Assembly (NCBI GenBank): GCA_965230295.1
Contig: OZ246001.1
Span: forward strand, 896,001-960,000
Origin: Marinicella sp.
Lineage (GTDB): Bacteria > Pseudomonadota > Gammaproteobacteria > Xanthomonadales > Marinicellaceae
DNA: 64,000 bases
Reading direction: 5' to 3'
The position numbers and the translations under genes are program-made. The notes below the pieces were generated by a model. It was not told the origin of the DNA, did not search any database, and was given only the letters and a program-made list of their open reading frames with translations. Below are positions 47,601 to 56,515 of the stretch, piece by piece. Numbering within the stretch: the first letter of the stretch is position 1; every line of letters starts with the position of its first letter.

Positions 47601-50600
47601 TGATGCCTCATTGGAAACAGCAGATTCATTGCCCACCGCATCAACAGCAGTCACCAGGTAGGTGCTGGCACCCGAAATCGGCTGACCATCAACCACAGTC
47701 ACCAGATCATTCACCAAGTTGTCGGGGTTGATGTTGTTTAATGTGGGTTGAGGATTACCATTGCGATATAAGCGGTAATGTGCCACTGCATCGGCTGGGT
47801 CGTTCGGTTCCCATTGTGCCTGAATGCCGCTACCGGTTTCTGACAATGTCAACATTTGAGGCGCCGTTGGAGCCACACTGTCGGCTATTGCCACCACTGT
47901 CAAGCTGGTGCCACTGACCGCTTCATCGCTGTTTTCACTGCGCACACTGGCCACGGCATAAACGTATTCGCCATCAGCAGGGCTGTCAACATAATCCGTT
48001 ACGGTTGGTCCTGTGCGATCGAGGTATACCAGGTTCCCAGGGCCCACTGGTTTGCGATACAGCTCATATTCAGCAGCATTCAACACCGGAAACCAAGTCA
48101 AGCGTACTTGACCATCTGGCAAGGATGTGGCCGCCAAACCTTGGGGGGCTTCCAATGGTGGCAAGTCCTCACGATAAATTTGAAACTGGTTGTTGATGGC
48201 GATGCCATTGTTGACATTACCTGCAATATCTTTTGCATGAATTCGAAAACTCAAAGTCTCGGGTGAGACACCCGCGTCACTAGGCACATTATTCAATACA
48301 GCACTGTAAACCCCTGCATTGAAAATCACAGAATCTATCTGAATTTCTGCTCGGTTATTACCTGATAATTGATACCAGACCAAAGGCATATCCATTGTTG
48401 CTTCACTCAGTGTGAATGAAACCGACAGCTCTGGACTACCATCATAATCAATGGGTGAATTCGGTGACATCTCCAATGTCATCACTTCAGGTCCTTGGGT
48501 GTCGATACTGATGTCAGTGATGGGTCCGGTGTTGGTACCCAAATTACCTGCACGGTCATAGGCTGACAAGACGGCTGTTGCAGAAGATTGAAAACTTTCC
48601 CCTCCAAACTCTATCGTGCCAGTAAATTCAGCTGTAGACGATGGTTGGAAATCAACAATGATGGGAGAAGTGCCCGCTGCAGATGGTATAAAACTGAGGA
48701 ATGGTACTTCTGCCAAAGGCTCAGACATGGTCAGAGTTACACCCACCAGTCCTGTTACAAAAGGCTGTGTTTTGTCAAATACCAGACTTTGAACAACTGG
48801 TGCCGTTTGATCAGATACGGCACTGGCCATTCCAGATAAGGGGCCCTCAATGCCTGACCCATCCAAGGCGTTAACTCCGGATATCCAATAAAAATACTGA
48901 CCATCACCTGGTGTCAAATCATTATAGAAAGTGGTCACCACTGGGTTCCCAGCAGTTTGCAACGTTTTAACTCCATTGGCAGAGGTGGATCGATATATAT
49001 GATAACCCACAGTGCTGCCATCGTTGTCTGCATTCCAGGTCAATTGAATGACACCCATGGGTTTTGCCTGAGCGCTCAGCCCAGACGGGGCACTTGGAAT
49101 GTCTTGGTTAACTGTGACATTAAAAACAGTGTATGGTCCAACAGTTGTGCCATTGGCTGGTCGGCTAATCACTGTTCTGGCACGCAAGGTGTTGTTACCA
49201 TCCTGTAAGCTGACAAATCTTTGGAATTGACCGTTTGAGTCTACGGGTATGCCAGTGATTGAACCCACGCCAACCACTTCCAGTTCTACGGTGGCGCCGG
49301 CCACTGACTGTCCCACAACGGATACTTCCAATTCACCCACTTGTGCACCATCCAGAGGTTCATTGATAGTGGGGGGAGGTGGTGCATCCAGGGCGACATT
49401 GATTTGATAATTGGCGGTACTTTGGTTACCAAAAACATCTTCTGCCACGATGTTCAGTGTCACCAATCCATCAACTTCATCGGCCAAATTCCACATCGCT
49501 TGAAACCCGTCGATGGCATTGCTGTCTGTGACACTCATGCCTCCTGATGACGTTTCAAATCGAATCGAAGAAACACCTGAATCATCACTGGCATCAACCA
49601 CGATCAAACCACTGTTTCTCACAACCATTGCATCCACAGCAGGGGCACCACTGATGGTCACAGCATCAATGCTTGGCCCGTCAGCATCGGCCAATGGGGT
49701 TTCAGATACCGACGTGAATACGGGATCAAAATCGCCATGTCGATTGATTGCTATCACGGCAAATTGGTAACTCTGACCATTGGTCAAACCGTCAATATCT
49801 AATGACAAAGGTGCTTGACTGGCTCCACTGCCATAGTTGATTCCAGTGTGCACTTCCGGGTCGATGGTACCGATGGCATGGTATACACGATATTGATTGA
49901 CCACATCAGCTGGTACTGCATGTTCCCATGTCAATGTTACACGACCATCATGTGGTTCTGTACTGACCACTGTTGGATGATTAGGCCATGTCACAGCCGT
50001 TTGACTCCGACGATCTGACACGTTATCAAAACCATCAACGGCAGACACTTCAACCAAATAGCTCGTGGCACGATCCAGGTTCGTTATGGAAAACGAGCTG
50101 ATTGATGAATCCACATCACCAATCGCAACGTCATTCAGAAACACCCGGTAATCGGTCATGTCTCCAGCCGAGTTGATGGAATGACTCCAATATATATCTA
50201 CACTGGATTCTGTCGATTGGTCGACCACAATGCTGCCAGGCATTTCAGGTGGCTCCACATCAACAAACAATGCCTCTACTGAAGTCACACTTGGATCATA
50301 CAAGCCAAGTATATCAGTGGCCACCACGGCATAATGGATGGTTTGTGGCGGAAGGATTTCTGTCACTTGATAAGTTTTTGTACCTGCTGGAATGGTAGCG
50401 ACTTCTGTACCTTGTGAGATGTTGTCAAATGACCCTGTTGTAGATGAATACACCGTATAAAAATCAATGTTTCCCCCATTGGCTAATTCATCGTATGATT
50501 GCCAATCCAGCAAGGCCGTGCGTCCGTTGCCATCAACCACCACACTGATTGACACTGGTTCTGGTGTTTGGTTGTTGAAGACAATTTCAACCGCTGTAGA

Positions 50601-53600
50601 TATACTGGTGTTGCCCGCACAATCAACGGCAGTGAACTGGAAAGTATTGACCCCTTCGGACAAGCTCACTTCAGTTTGCCATGTGGTTTCATTGTCTGCA
50701 GCAACAACTTGTTGGCCATCCAAAAATACAGCGGTGCCTAATTCTTTGGTGCCTGAAATCAATTGGGAACTGACTGATGTGGGAGAAATCACCGCATTCA
50801 CACTCAATTGGACCGGATTGATGGTGTCAACCACGAAAGTCGATCCAAAAAGATCGCTGTCATTGCCTTGTGTATCTTGAACGGCAGCACTGATGGTGTA
50901 ATTTCCATCAAGCAAAGTGGATGTTGGGGTAAAGTTATAAAAATCTCCAACGATCTCTGTTGTGCCGTTGACAGGATTGCCATCTAAAGAGAGGTCAAAT
51001 GTTGATTGAGCCAAGTTGAATCCATTGCCCAAATGATCATACAGCGACAAACTGACCACATTTGGACTTTGTGAAACACACTGCAAATCAAATGGAGTGG
51101 CTGAGACAACTGCAGGCCGTCCTGCTGCATAAAAATAAGTGATTCTGACACTGTCAGATACATTGCCTGCTCGATCAACTGCCGCCACATCCCAAGTGGT
51201 TGTACCTGCAGGCAAATTGATCAGTGCCGACCATTCATTATCTGAATAACCAGTGACCACTTGTCCATTGATGCTGATGGCCGTATTGGCAGGACGGGTA
51301 CCACGCAAAACTTGTAACTCTGAGGCCACCAAATTGCTGGCCGGTTCTACTGCTACCGCCCAGAGTGTAGGAGAGTCTGGTGGCGTGATGTCATATTCAA
51401 TCACATGAGTGTATTGGTCATCCACGGGTTCACCTGGTACCCCATCGGAATCCTGGTCCAAAACATCGGCCACGACATCCATTTGGTAATCACCTTCTTG
51501 ATCCATGGATTTACTTAACACCAAATCCACCACTCCTGAGCCAACCAATTCAATGGTTTGCACCTGGATCGAATCACTGTTGTGAGAGATCAAAAAGTCT
51601 GAAGTCTCTAAATTAAGGACATCTATCGCCTGGTTAAAGCGCAATCTGATTCGGTTGGCTGCGTTGTTCAAATGTGCCTGATCTGTATGCACAATTTGTA
51701 AAGGTAAATCGACAGATTCTAAGATAACGCTGCCAAATTCACCGCTTTGCGACCCTTGGGCCGTTGAAGAGACCTCACCCCCAAAAGCCTCAACCCTGGT
51801 GTTTAAATTACTGCCTTGATTGACTCCATAGTGGATGGCCACGCGACCTCCACCACCACCCCAGCCCCAACCATCGGATGAGCCGCCATTGGCCTGGAAT
51901 GTTCCATCACCGCTCAGTGCTTGGACTTCTAACCAAATAGATCCACCACTGCCACTGCCATTATAGTCAATATCACTGCCATCAGCCTCCAATGAACCTT
52001 CATGGTGCATGTATTTGGCATCGATCTTCAGTGCACCACCACCTCTGGTATTGCCTCCACTGCCACCAACACCGACCAATGTAGGCATTTGTTCATCACC
52101 ATATATCGCATTGGTCGTACCACCACTGGTAGCTTGTACGCCGCCCAGTCCTCCATGTGACCCTGCTGCGGTTCCGGACAGTTCATTGCTTTTAAGCATC
52201 CCTGCTCCTTTAAGATTGATGCCCGATTCACTGTCAATCAAAACCTGATTGGCATTCAAATGAACCCTGTCAGTTAAGTCTTCAGCCGGTTGCTGAATAA
52301 CCTGGCCGTTATTGATTAATGCAATTTTATTCCACTGTTGCACATAAGATGGGATGTAGGTCCAGTTATCAACAATCAAATCTTGGACACTCAGATTCAA
52401 CACATCACCTTGAATCCATGAAAACTGTTCACCAGCGATCATCTCACTGGTGAAAGCGGTATTTTGCTCAATAACAGAATCATAAATAGTTATGTTTTTT
52501 ACCTGCACATTGGTGCCTGGCTCAAACATGACAGAAGCATTGAGAACTGTCAGATATTCACCATTGGTGTTTCGACCGACCTCACCAATGGCAGTTGTTG
52601 CACCCACAATCCAATCAGCCTCATTGGCAATGATGATTTCACCCAAAGGTTGGGCATTGTCTTTCAAATAAACAGTTCCGGCACCGCCACCTTCAAGACC
52701 AGCCTGGAAGCCACCATAAGCCATCACCTGCGAGGTCAAATCAAATCCATTCAAGGTGTCATAGTAAACCGCAACCCGGCCACCGCCACCAGACCCGTAG
52801 TCGGTGTAAGTACCATTGGCACTGATCGTACCAGCACCACTGAGCTCATTCACTTCAAGCCACACCGAACCACCACTGCCACCGCGCCTGTTGACCGATT
52901 GGGCATCGGCCCGAATCGAACCGGATAAATCCAATACGCCGGTAACCGTTAACCGGATCGCACCACCACCGCGGTTGTAATAACCACTGGTACCCAGATC
53001 AACCGGATTGCGCAGATCACCATAAACCGGGTTGGTAAAACGACTTGGATTATCGTCCCACAACATCCCCGAACCACCGTGACTGGCTCCAGAAAGTGAG
53101 CCCATTATATTGGTATCATGATCTGCTGCTTTACCACTCACATCAATCGATGAATCAGCACTGACTGACAAATCAGTCACGGTGATGTGGGTGCCTTGAT
53201 AACCTTCGCTGTGGGTCAAAACTGCACCGTTGAGTAAATTGAGGGTAGATAAGTTCTGGGCGACATTCATCGTTACCACTGCACCATCAAGGGTCAAATC
53301 TACCAGGCCAGACTGACTGGCATCGATGGTCAACTGGGCTCCACCGGTGACCGATAAATTGGTCCAGGTCGGGTGATCCACACCCAAAACAATGTGCACA
53401 CCGTCCTCAATCACGTGTGTGGAAGAATCTGGTATATTGAAAATATTTTGGTGTGAAACCATCGACTGGTTGATGTCAAAGGTCGTGTTGACCGTCAGTT
53501 GGCCCAGTTGTAGCCACTGGCTGACTGCACTCATCACCAGTTCATCCAGCACCAAATCATGGTTTTGTTCGACCAAACCATCCACCACTGAAACACGGCT

Positions 53601-55622
53601 CAGCTGATTGACATCTGACTGAATATCCACAAAGGCATGACTGATCTGGATGGGTTCATCCAAGTCACCTGAAGCTGGTTGGTTCAACGGAGTGGCAGCA
53701 CCCATAATCCAATCAGCCTCATTGGCAATGATGATTTCACCCAAAGGTTGGGCATTGTCTTTCAAATAAACAGTTCCGGCACCGCCACCTTCAAGACCAG
53801 CCTGGAAGCCACCATAAGCCATCACCTGCGAGGTCAAATCAAATCCATTCAAGGTGTCATAGTAAACCGCAACCCGGCCACCGCCACCAGACCCGTAGTC
53901 GGTGTAAGTACCATTGGCACTGATCGTACCAGCACCACTGAGCTCATTCACTTCAAGCCACACCGAACCACCACTGCCACCGCGCCTGTTGACCGATTGG
54001 GCATCGGCCCGAATCGAACCGGATAAATCCAATACGCCGGTAACCGTTAACCGGATCGCACCACCACCGCGGTTGTAATAACCACTGGTACCCAGATCAA
54101 CCGGATTGCGCAGATCACCATAAACCGGGTTGGTAAAACGACTTGGATTATCGTCCCACAACATCCCCGAACCACCGTGACTGGCTCCAGAAAGTGAGCC
54201 CATTATATTGGTATCATGATCTGCTGCTTTACCACTCACATCAATCGATGAATCAGCACTGACTGACAAATCAGTCACGGTGATGTGGGTGCCTTGATAA
54301 CCTTCGCTGTGGGTCAAAACTGCACCGTTGAGTAAATTGAGGGTAGATAAGTTCTGGGCGACATTCATCGTTACCACTGCACCATCAAGGGTCAAATCTA
54401 CCAGGCCAGACTGACTGGCATCGATGGTCAACTGGGCTCCACCGGTGACCGATAAATTGGTCCAGGTCGGGTGATCCACACCCAAAACAATGTGCACACC
54501 GTCCTCAATCACGTGTGTGGAAGAATCTGGTATATTGAAAATATTTTGGTGTGAAACCATCGACTGGTTGATGTCAAAGGTCGTGTTGACCGTCAGTTGG
54601 CCCAGTTGTAGCCACTGGCTGACTGCACTCATCACCAGTTCATCCAGCACCAAATCATGGTTTTGTTCGACCAAACCATCCACCACTGAAACACGGCTCA
54701 GCTGATTGACATCTGACTGAATATCCACAAAGGCATGACTGATCTGGATGGGTTCATCCAAGTCACCTGAAGCTGGTTGGTTCAACGGAGTGGCAGCACC
54801 CATAATCCAATCAGCCTCATTGGCAATGATGATTTCACCCAAAGGTTGGGCATTGTCTTTCAAATAAACAGTTCCGGCACCGCCACCTTCAAGACCAGCC
54901 TGGAAGCCACCATAAGCCATCACCTGCGAGGTCAAATCAAATCCATTCAAGGTGTCATAGTAAACCGCAACCCGGCCACCGCCACCAGACCCGTAGTCGG
55001 TGTAAGTACCATTGGCACTGATCGTACCAGCACCACTGAGCTCATTCACTTCAAGCCACACCGAACCACCACTGCCGCCGCGCCTGTTGACCGATTGGGC
55101 ATCGGCCCGAATCGAACCGGACAAATCCAATACGCCGGTAACCGTTAACCGAATCGCACCACCACCGCGGTTGTAATAACCACTGGTACCCAAATCAACC
55201 GGATTGCGCAGATCACCATAAACCGGGTTGGTAAAACGACTTGGGTGATCGTCCCACAACATCCCCGAACCACCGTGACTGGCTCCAGAAAGTGAGCCCA
55301 CTATATTGACATCATGATCTGCTGCTTTACCACTCACATCAATCGATGAATCAGCACTGACTGACAAATCAGTCACGGTGATGTGGGTGCCTTGATAACC
55401 TTCGCTGTGGGTCAAAACCGCCCCGTTGAGCAATTGAACTGATGGAAAAGCATGTACACCATCGATGGTCACGATGGTTCCATCAATGATCAATTCTTGG
55501 CCATCATAAGTGGTATCTCCGTCACCAATCACCGTTTCAGTTGTTAAAGTGACTGAACATACTTCCTGCGCAAAAAGCATTAAAAATGCTGTAAATACCC
55601 AAAATTCCTTTTTTAAATTCAT
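44523..55622 (-). CDS. Giant (3699 aa) secreted adhesin-like protein: Gly-rich beta-repeat units, Ig-like and FN3 domains, Cys-rich/poly-Gly C-terminus
   Basis: Sec signal; GGGAIRL...GGSGGSVWL...GGGGRVAV units; FN3-like segments (W..S.....DYRV..., YLVEVSAVDGFDNVS; YFYWISGVN; YLVTAVDAVGNES); ITIDWSVTEITIEDRYEV..ATFETNVPAPVV. Confidence 0.9.
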   Translation of the reverse strand: MNLKKEFWVFTAFLMLFAQEVCSVTLTTETVIGDGDTTYDGQELIIDGTIVTIDGVHAFPSVQLLNGAVLTHSEGYQGTHITVTDLSVSADSSIDVSGKAADHDVNIVGSLSGASHGGSGMLWDDHPSRFTNPVYGDLRNPVDLGTSGYYNRGGGAIRLTVTGVLDLSGSIRADAQSVNRRGGSGGSVWLEVNELSGAGTISANGTYTDYGSGGGGRVAVYYDTLNGFDLTSQVMAYGGFQAGLEGGGAGTVYLKDNAQPLGEIIIANEADWIMGAATPLNQPASGDLDEPIQISHAFVDIQSDVNQLSRVSVVDGLVEQNHDLVLDELVMSAVSQWLQLGQLTVNTTFDINQSMVSHQNIFNIPDSSTHVIEDGVHIVLGVDHPTWTNLSVTGGAQLTIDASQSGLVDLTLDGAVVTMNVAQNLSTLNLLNGAVLTHSEGYQGTHITVTDLSVSADSSIDVSGKAADHDTNIMGSLSGASHGGSGMLWDDNPSRFTNPVYGDLRNPVDLGTSGYYNRGGGAIRLTVTGVLDLSGSIRADAQSVNRRGGSGGSVWLEVNELSGAGTISANGTYTDYGSGGGGRVAVYYDTLNGFDLTSQVMAYGGFQAGLEGGGAGTVYLKDNAQPLGEIIIANEADWIMGAATPLNQPASGDLDEPIQISHAFVDIQSDVNQLSRVSVVDGLVEQNHDLVLDELVMSAVSQWLQLGQLTVNTTFDINQSMVSHQNIFNIPDSSTHVIEDGVHIVLGVDHPTWTNLSVTGGAQLTIDASQSGLVDLTLDGAVVTMNVAQNLSTLNLLNGAVLTHSEGYQGTHITVTDLSVSADSSIDVSGKAADHDTNIMGSLSGASHGGSGMLWDDNPSRFTNPVYGDLRNPVDLGTSGYYNRGGGAIRLTVTGVLDLSGSIRADAQSVNRRGGSGGSVWLEVNELSGAGTISANGTYTDYGSGGGGRVAVYYDTLNGFDLTSQVMAYGGFQAGLEGGGAGTVYLKDNAQPLGEIIIANEADWIVGATTAIGEVGRNTNGEYLTVLNASVMFEPGTNVQVKNITIYDSVIEQNTAFTSEMIAGEQFSWIQGDVLNLSVQDLIVDNWTYIPSYVQQWNKIALINNGQVIQQPAEDLTDRVHLNANQVLIDSESGINLKGAGMLKSNELSGTAAGSHGGLGGVQATSGGTTNAIYGDEQMPTLVGVGGSGGNTRGGGALKIDAKYMHHEGSLEADGSDIDYNGSGSGGSIWLEVQALSGDGTFQANGGSSDGWGWGGGGGRVAIHYGVNQGSNLNTRVEAFGGEVSSTAQGSQSGEFGSVILESVDLPLQIVHTDQAHLNNAANRIRLRFNQAIDVLNLETSDFLISHNSDSIQVQTIELVGSGVVDLVLSKSMDQEGDYQMDVVADVLDQDSDGVPGEPVDDQYTHVIEYDITPPDSPTLWAVAVEPASNLVASELQVLRGTRPANTAISINGQVVTGYSDNEWSALINLPAGTTTWDVAAVDRAGNVSDSVRITYFYAAGRPAVVSATPFDLQCVSQSPNVVSLSLYDHLGNGFNLAQSTFDLSLDGNPVNGTTEIVGDFYNFTPTSTLLDGNYTISAAVQDTQGNDSDLFGSTFVVDTINPVQLSVNAVISPTSVSSQLISGTKELGTAVFLDGQQVVAADNETTWQTEVSLSEGVNTFQFTAVDCAGNTSISTAVEIVFNNQTPEPVSISVVVDGNGRTALLDWQSYDELANGGNIDFYTVYSSTTGSFDNISQGTEVATIPAGTKTYQVTEILPPQTIHYAVVATDILGLYDPSVTSVEALFVDVEPPEMPGSIVVDQSTESSVDIYWSHSINSAGDMTDYRVFLNDVAIGDVDSSISSFSITNLDRATSYLVEVSAVDGFDNVSDRRSQTAVTWPNHPTVVSTEPHDGRVTLTWEHAVPADVVNQYRVYHAIGTIDPEVHTGINYGSGASQAPLSLDIDGLTNGQSYQFAVIAINRHGDFDPVFTSVSETPLADADGPSIDAVTISGAPAVDAMVVRNSGLIVVDASDDSGVSSIRFETSSGGMSVTDSNAIDGFQAMWNLADEVDGLVTLNIVAEDVFGNQSTANYQINVALDAPPPPTINEPLDGAQVGELEVSVVGQSVAGATVELEVVGVGSITGIPVDSNGQFQRFVSLQDGNNTLRARTVISRPANGTTVGPYTVFNVTVNQDIPSAPSGLSAQAKPMGVIQLTWNADNDGSTVGYHIYRSTSANGVKTLQTAGNPVVTTFYNDLTPGDGQYFYWISGVNALDGSGIEGPLSGMASAVSDQTAPVVQSLVFDKTQPFVTGLVGVTLTMSEPLAEVPFLSFIPSAAGTSPIIVDFQPSSTAEFTGTIEFGGESFQSSATAVLSAYDRAGNLGTNTGPITDISIDTQGPEVMTLEMSPNSPIDYDGSPELSVSFTLSEATMDMPLVWYQLSGNNRAEIQIDSVIFNAGVYSAVLNNVPSDAGVSPETLSFRIHAKDIAGNVNNGIAINNQFQIYREDLPPLEAPQGLAATSLPDGQVRLTWFPVLNAAEYELYRKPVGPGNLVYLDRTGPTVTDYVDSPADGEYVYAVASVRSENSDEAVSGTSLTVVAIADSVAPTAPQMLTLSETGSGIQAQWEPNDPADAVAHYRLYRNGNPQPTLNNINPDNLVNDLVTVVDGQPISGASTYLVTAVDAVGNESAVSNEASINPSLLPVQNFNISVSDTSSPSLNWSHNIATEFDVYQIDNGNAVKLNTSGTISGTTTYTDDSYAGSGRTYAVVAINGGESLPNTLKLPDLTADLMVEQSLKRGLMNQLFMEITNHEAEAIDHVTMTLMVEGETYHSNEVSIAGFGSAEVSLNIPGNMPVGTEEVLVDMTIHHRPTDGSSANIESQLAIPVEEGGLIISITTNNFVRGTTGEVQLLIQNPGEQSVDLITAKGTGSLDSGDVHLRLEDDDGNTLALAGFRQVLGNNVFTFPTGVTVARIPAGTSYLSSSQPINIPANAGDHVVVVASIEKMYFDQNSGQAIILQGVETRQPTVLAETSYAGELLGVSEPLIVQGETTSISGQAVSRNNGQPVADVPLNLSLRNEGFEQNIDVFTDAFGQFSYTHTAGSTDAGTYQVSVTHPDILDRPMDGSFQVGRIYADFQDENVRIPYNVDTEHLLYLKAPRGLEYQNVRVELVSSDVPAQAITLPAALPLLNHPMNWQAVPVLLNVSNGGVSQGQLTVRIISDNYGTLELGRATLNFEAANGMPALEVEPHLLDLRSNPGVAVTDTFEMTNNGFADAEELSLRIVELDQQGQVVDVAPSWIYLMSNATIPVLGIYQSVEVNVGMTPPSNICDQIPDPCEILSGYVIEITGDNIDPFYVPLTAMVTTNDMGTVAFQTANVYTGLDPLEYPDPIGLANVRIRLTSEIDSNRVYEWVTDASGAVQTEPINIGRYRYQVTSSNYEDLNGRMRVLPDPQSGPPGNSEFFFLQRNLITIDWSVTEITIEDRYEVVMNATFETNVPAPVVMISPTVTNLPDMYPGDVYTGLLEIKNLGLIRAHDLALNFPNEDEYFIYEILGEVPESIEANETHYLPFKLINKRSLVPGADGNAGGGGCSGYTNQINGAYKFQCPSGEIDGTASPSYVSYVAGDDCGEPGIKLPKPPRNSRDGGPLDFRCWQADAALWCGGPGANEESSPCAPECEGDQCCNVSGAGGGGGGGGGGGGGGGGPGGGGGGGGPGGGGPGSGN
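52600..55430 (-). repeat. Near-identical in-frame tandem repeat, 1098-bp period (366 aa), about 2.6 copies
   Basis: Identical antisense ORFs recur exactly 1098 bp apart (53392/54490; 53679/54777). Only a few substitutions were seen, in the gene-proximal copy (DDHPS vs DDNPS, DVNIVG vs DTNIMG). Confidence 0.93.
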
Positions 55623-55645
55623 AACAAATGCCTGTTTAATCGTAA

Positions 55646-56515
55646 TTATTTCATGGTTACTTTCAGTGCTGGGTCAGAAACCCAGAATTTTTTAAATTGG
55701 CTGTGCTCAGCCGTATCGGCCACGATGTTCATGGCGATGTATTGGTGTTGCTGTTTGCGGTAGATGTTTTTTTGTGGGTCCACCACTTGCCAGCCACCGT
55801 CAAGCCAAACCTCACTCCACGTATGGAATTCGGTCGGATCGAGAATGGAGTCTTGCTTCACAACATAGCCATTGACTGCACGGGCTGGAATGCCCAATAT
55901 GCGGTTGATGGCAGTATTTAAATAGGCGTACTCTGTGCAGTCACCAGACAGGTTCTTGGCAGCAAAGGCGGCCCCTTTGTCTTTCGAGCCATAGCCTGTG
56001 TATTCAATATTTTCTACCAACCAGTTATGTACCTGTTCGGTGGCTTCATCACCCAAGTATTCAAACTGTTGTGCAACCTCAATAACGTGTTCATTTTCCA
56101 ACTCGATTTGCGGCTGTGAAGTCAGAAATAAGGGCTGTGCAGAGTCAGCACCCAGGGCTGTTTCTGACAGCTTCAGTTGGGTTGTGATCACAACTTCCTT
56201 TTTGCCATACGGTGCCAGTCGTTCAATGTTGAACTGCAGAATCACATTGCCATAAGCATCCTGCTGGCGTGTGAATGGATCGTTGCTGGTCACCTTTGTA
56301 ACTTGCTGCGTGCTGGTCAAAGACACAGGTGCAAACACGTAAAATTCAATGTTTTCAGATGCTGTTGACTGCTTATTTTCCAACAAAAATGCGTATCGGA
56401 TGGTGCGGTCGATGTTCCATTCCTGGACGATGGTTGCCTGTTTGATGAACAGCCACCACAGCCCAATGACCAACAAGGTCATGGCAGCAACCCACAGAAT
56501 CATGCGCTTCTTCAT
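55646..56515 (-). CDS. Membrane-anchored transglutaminase-like cysteine enzyme
   Basis: N-terminal TM helix; GDCTEYA (Cys), GIPARAVNGY, FHTWSEVW (His), WQVVDP (Asp); ATGA overlap with the upstream gene. Confidence 0.9.
   Translation of the reverse strand: MKKRMILWVAAMTLLVIGLWWLFIKQATIVQEWNIDRTIRYAFLLENKQSTASENIEFYVFAPVSLTSTQQVTKVTSNDPFTRQQDAYGNVILQFNIERLAPYGKKEVVITTQLKLSETALGADSAQPLFLTSQPQIELENEHVIEVAQQFEYLGDEATEQVHNWLVENIEYTGYGSKDKGAAFAAKNLSGDCTEYAYLNTAINRILGIPARAVNGYVVKQDSILDPTEFHTWSEVWLDGGWQVVDPQKNIYRKQQHQYIAMNIVADTAEHSQFKKFWVSDPALKVTMK

Noticed and set aside
52600-55430. Long direct repeats as IS copies or a CRISPR array
   Set aside because: In-frame coding repeats with no spacers, terminal inverted repeats, transposase or cas genes.
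30847-55695. Numerous plus-strand ORFs of 60-209 aa within the giant genes
   Set aside because: Antisense shadows of long, motif-bearing minus-strand genes.
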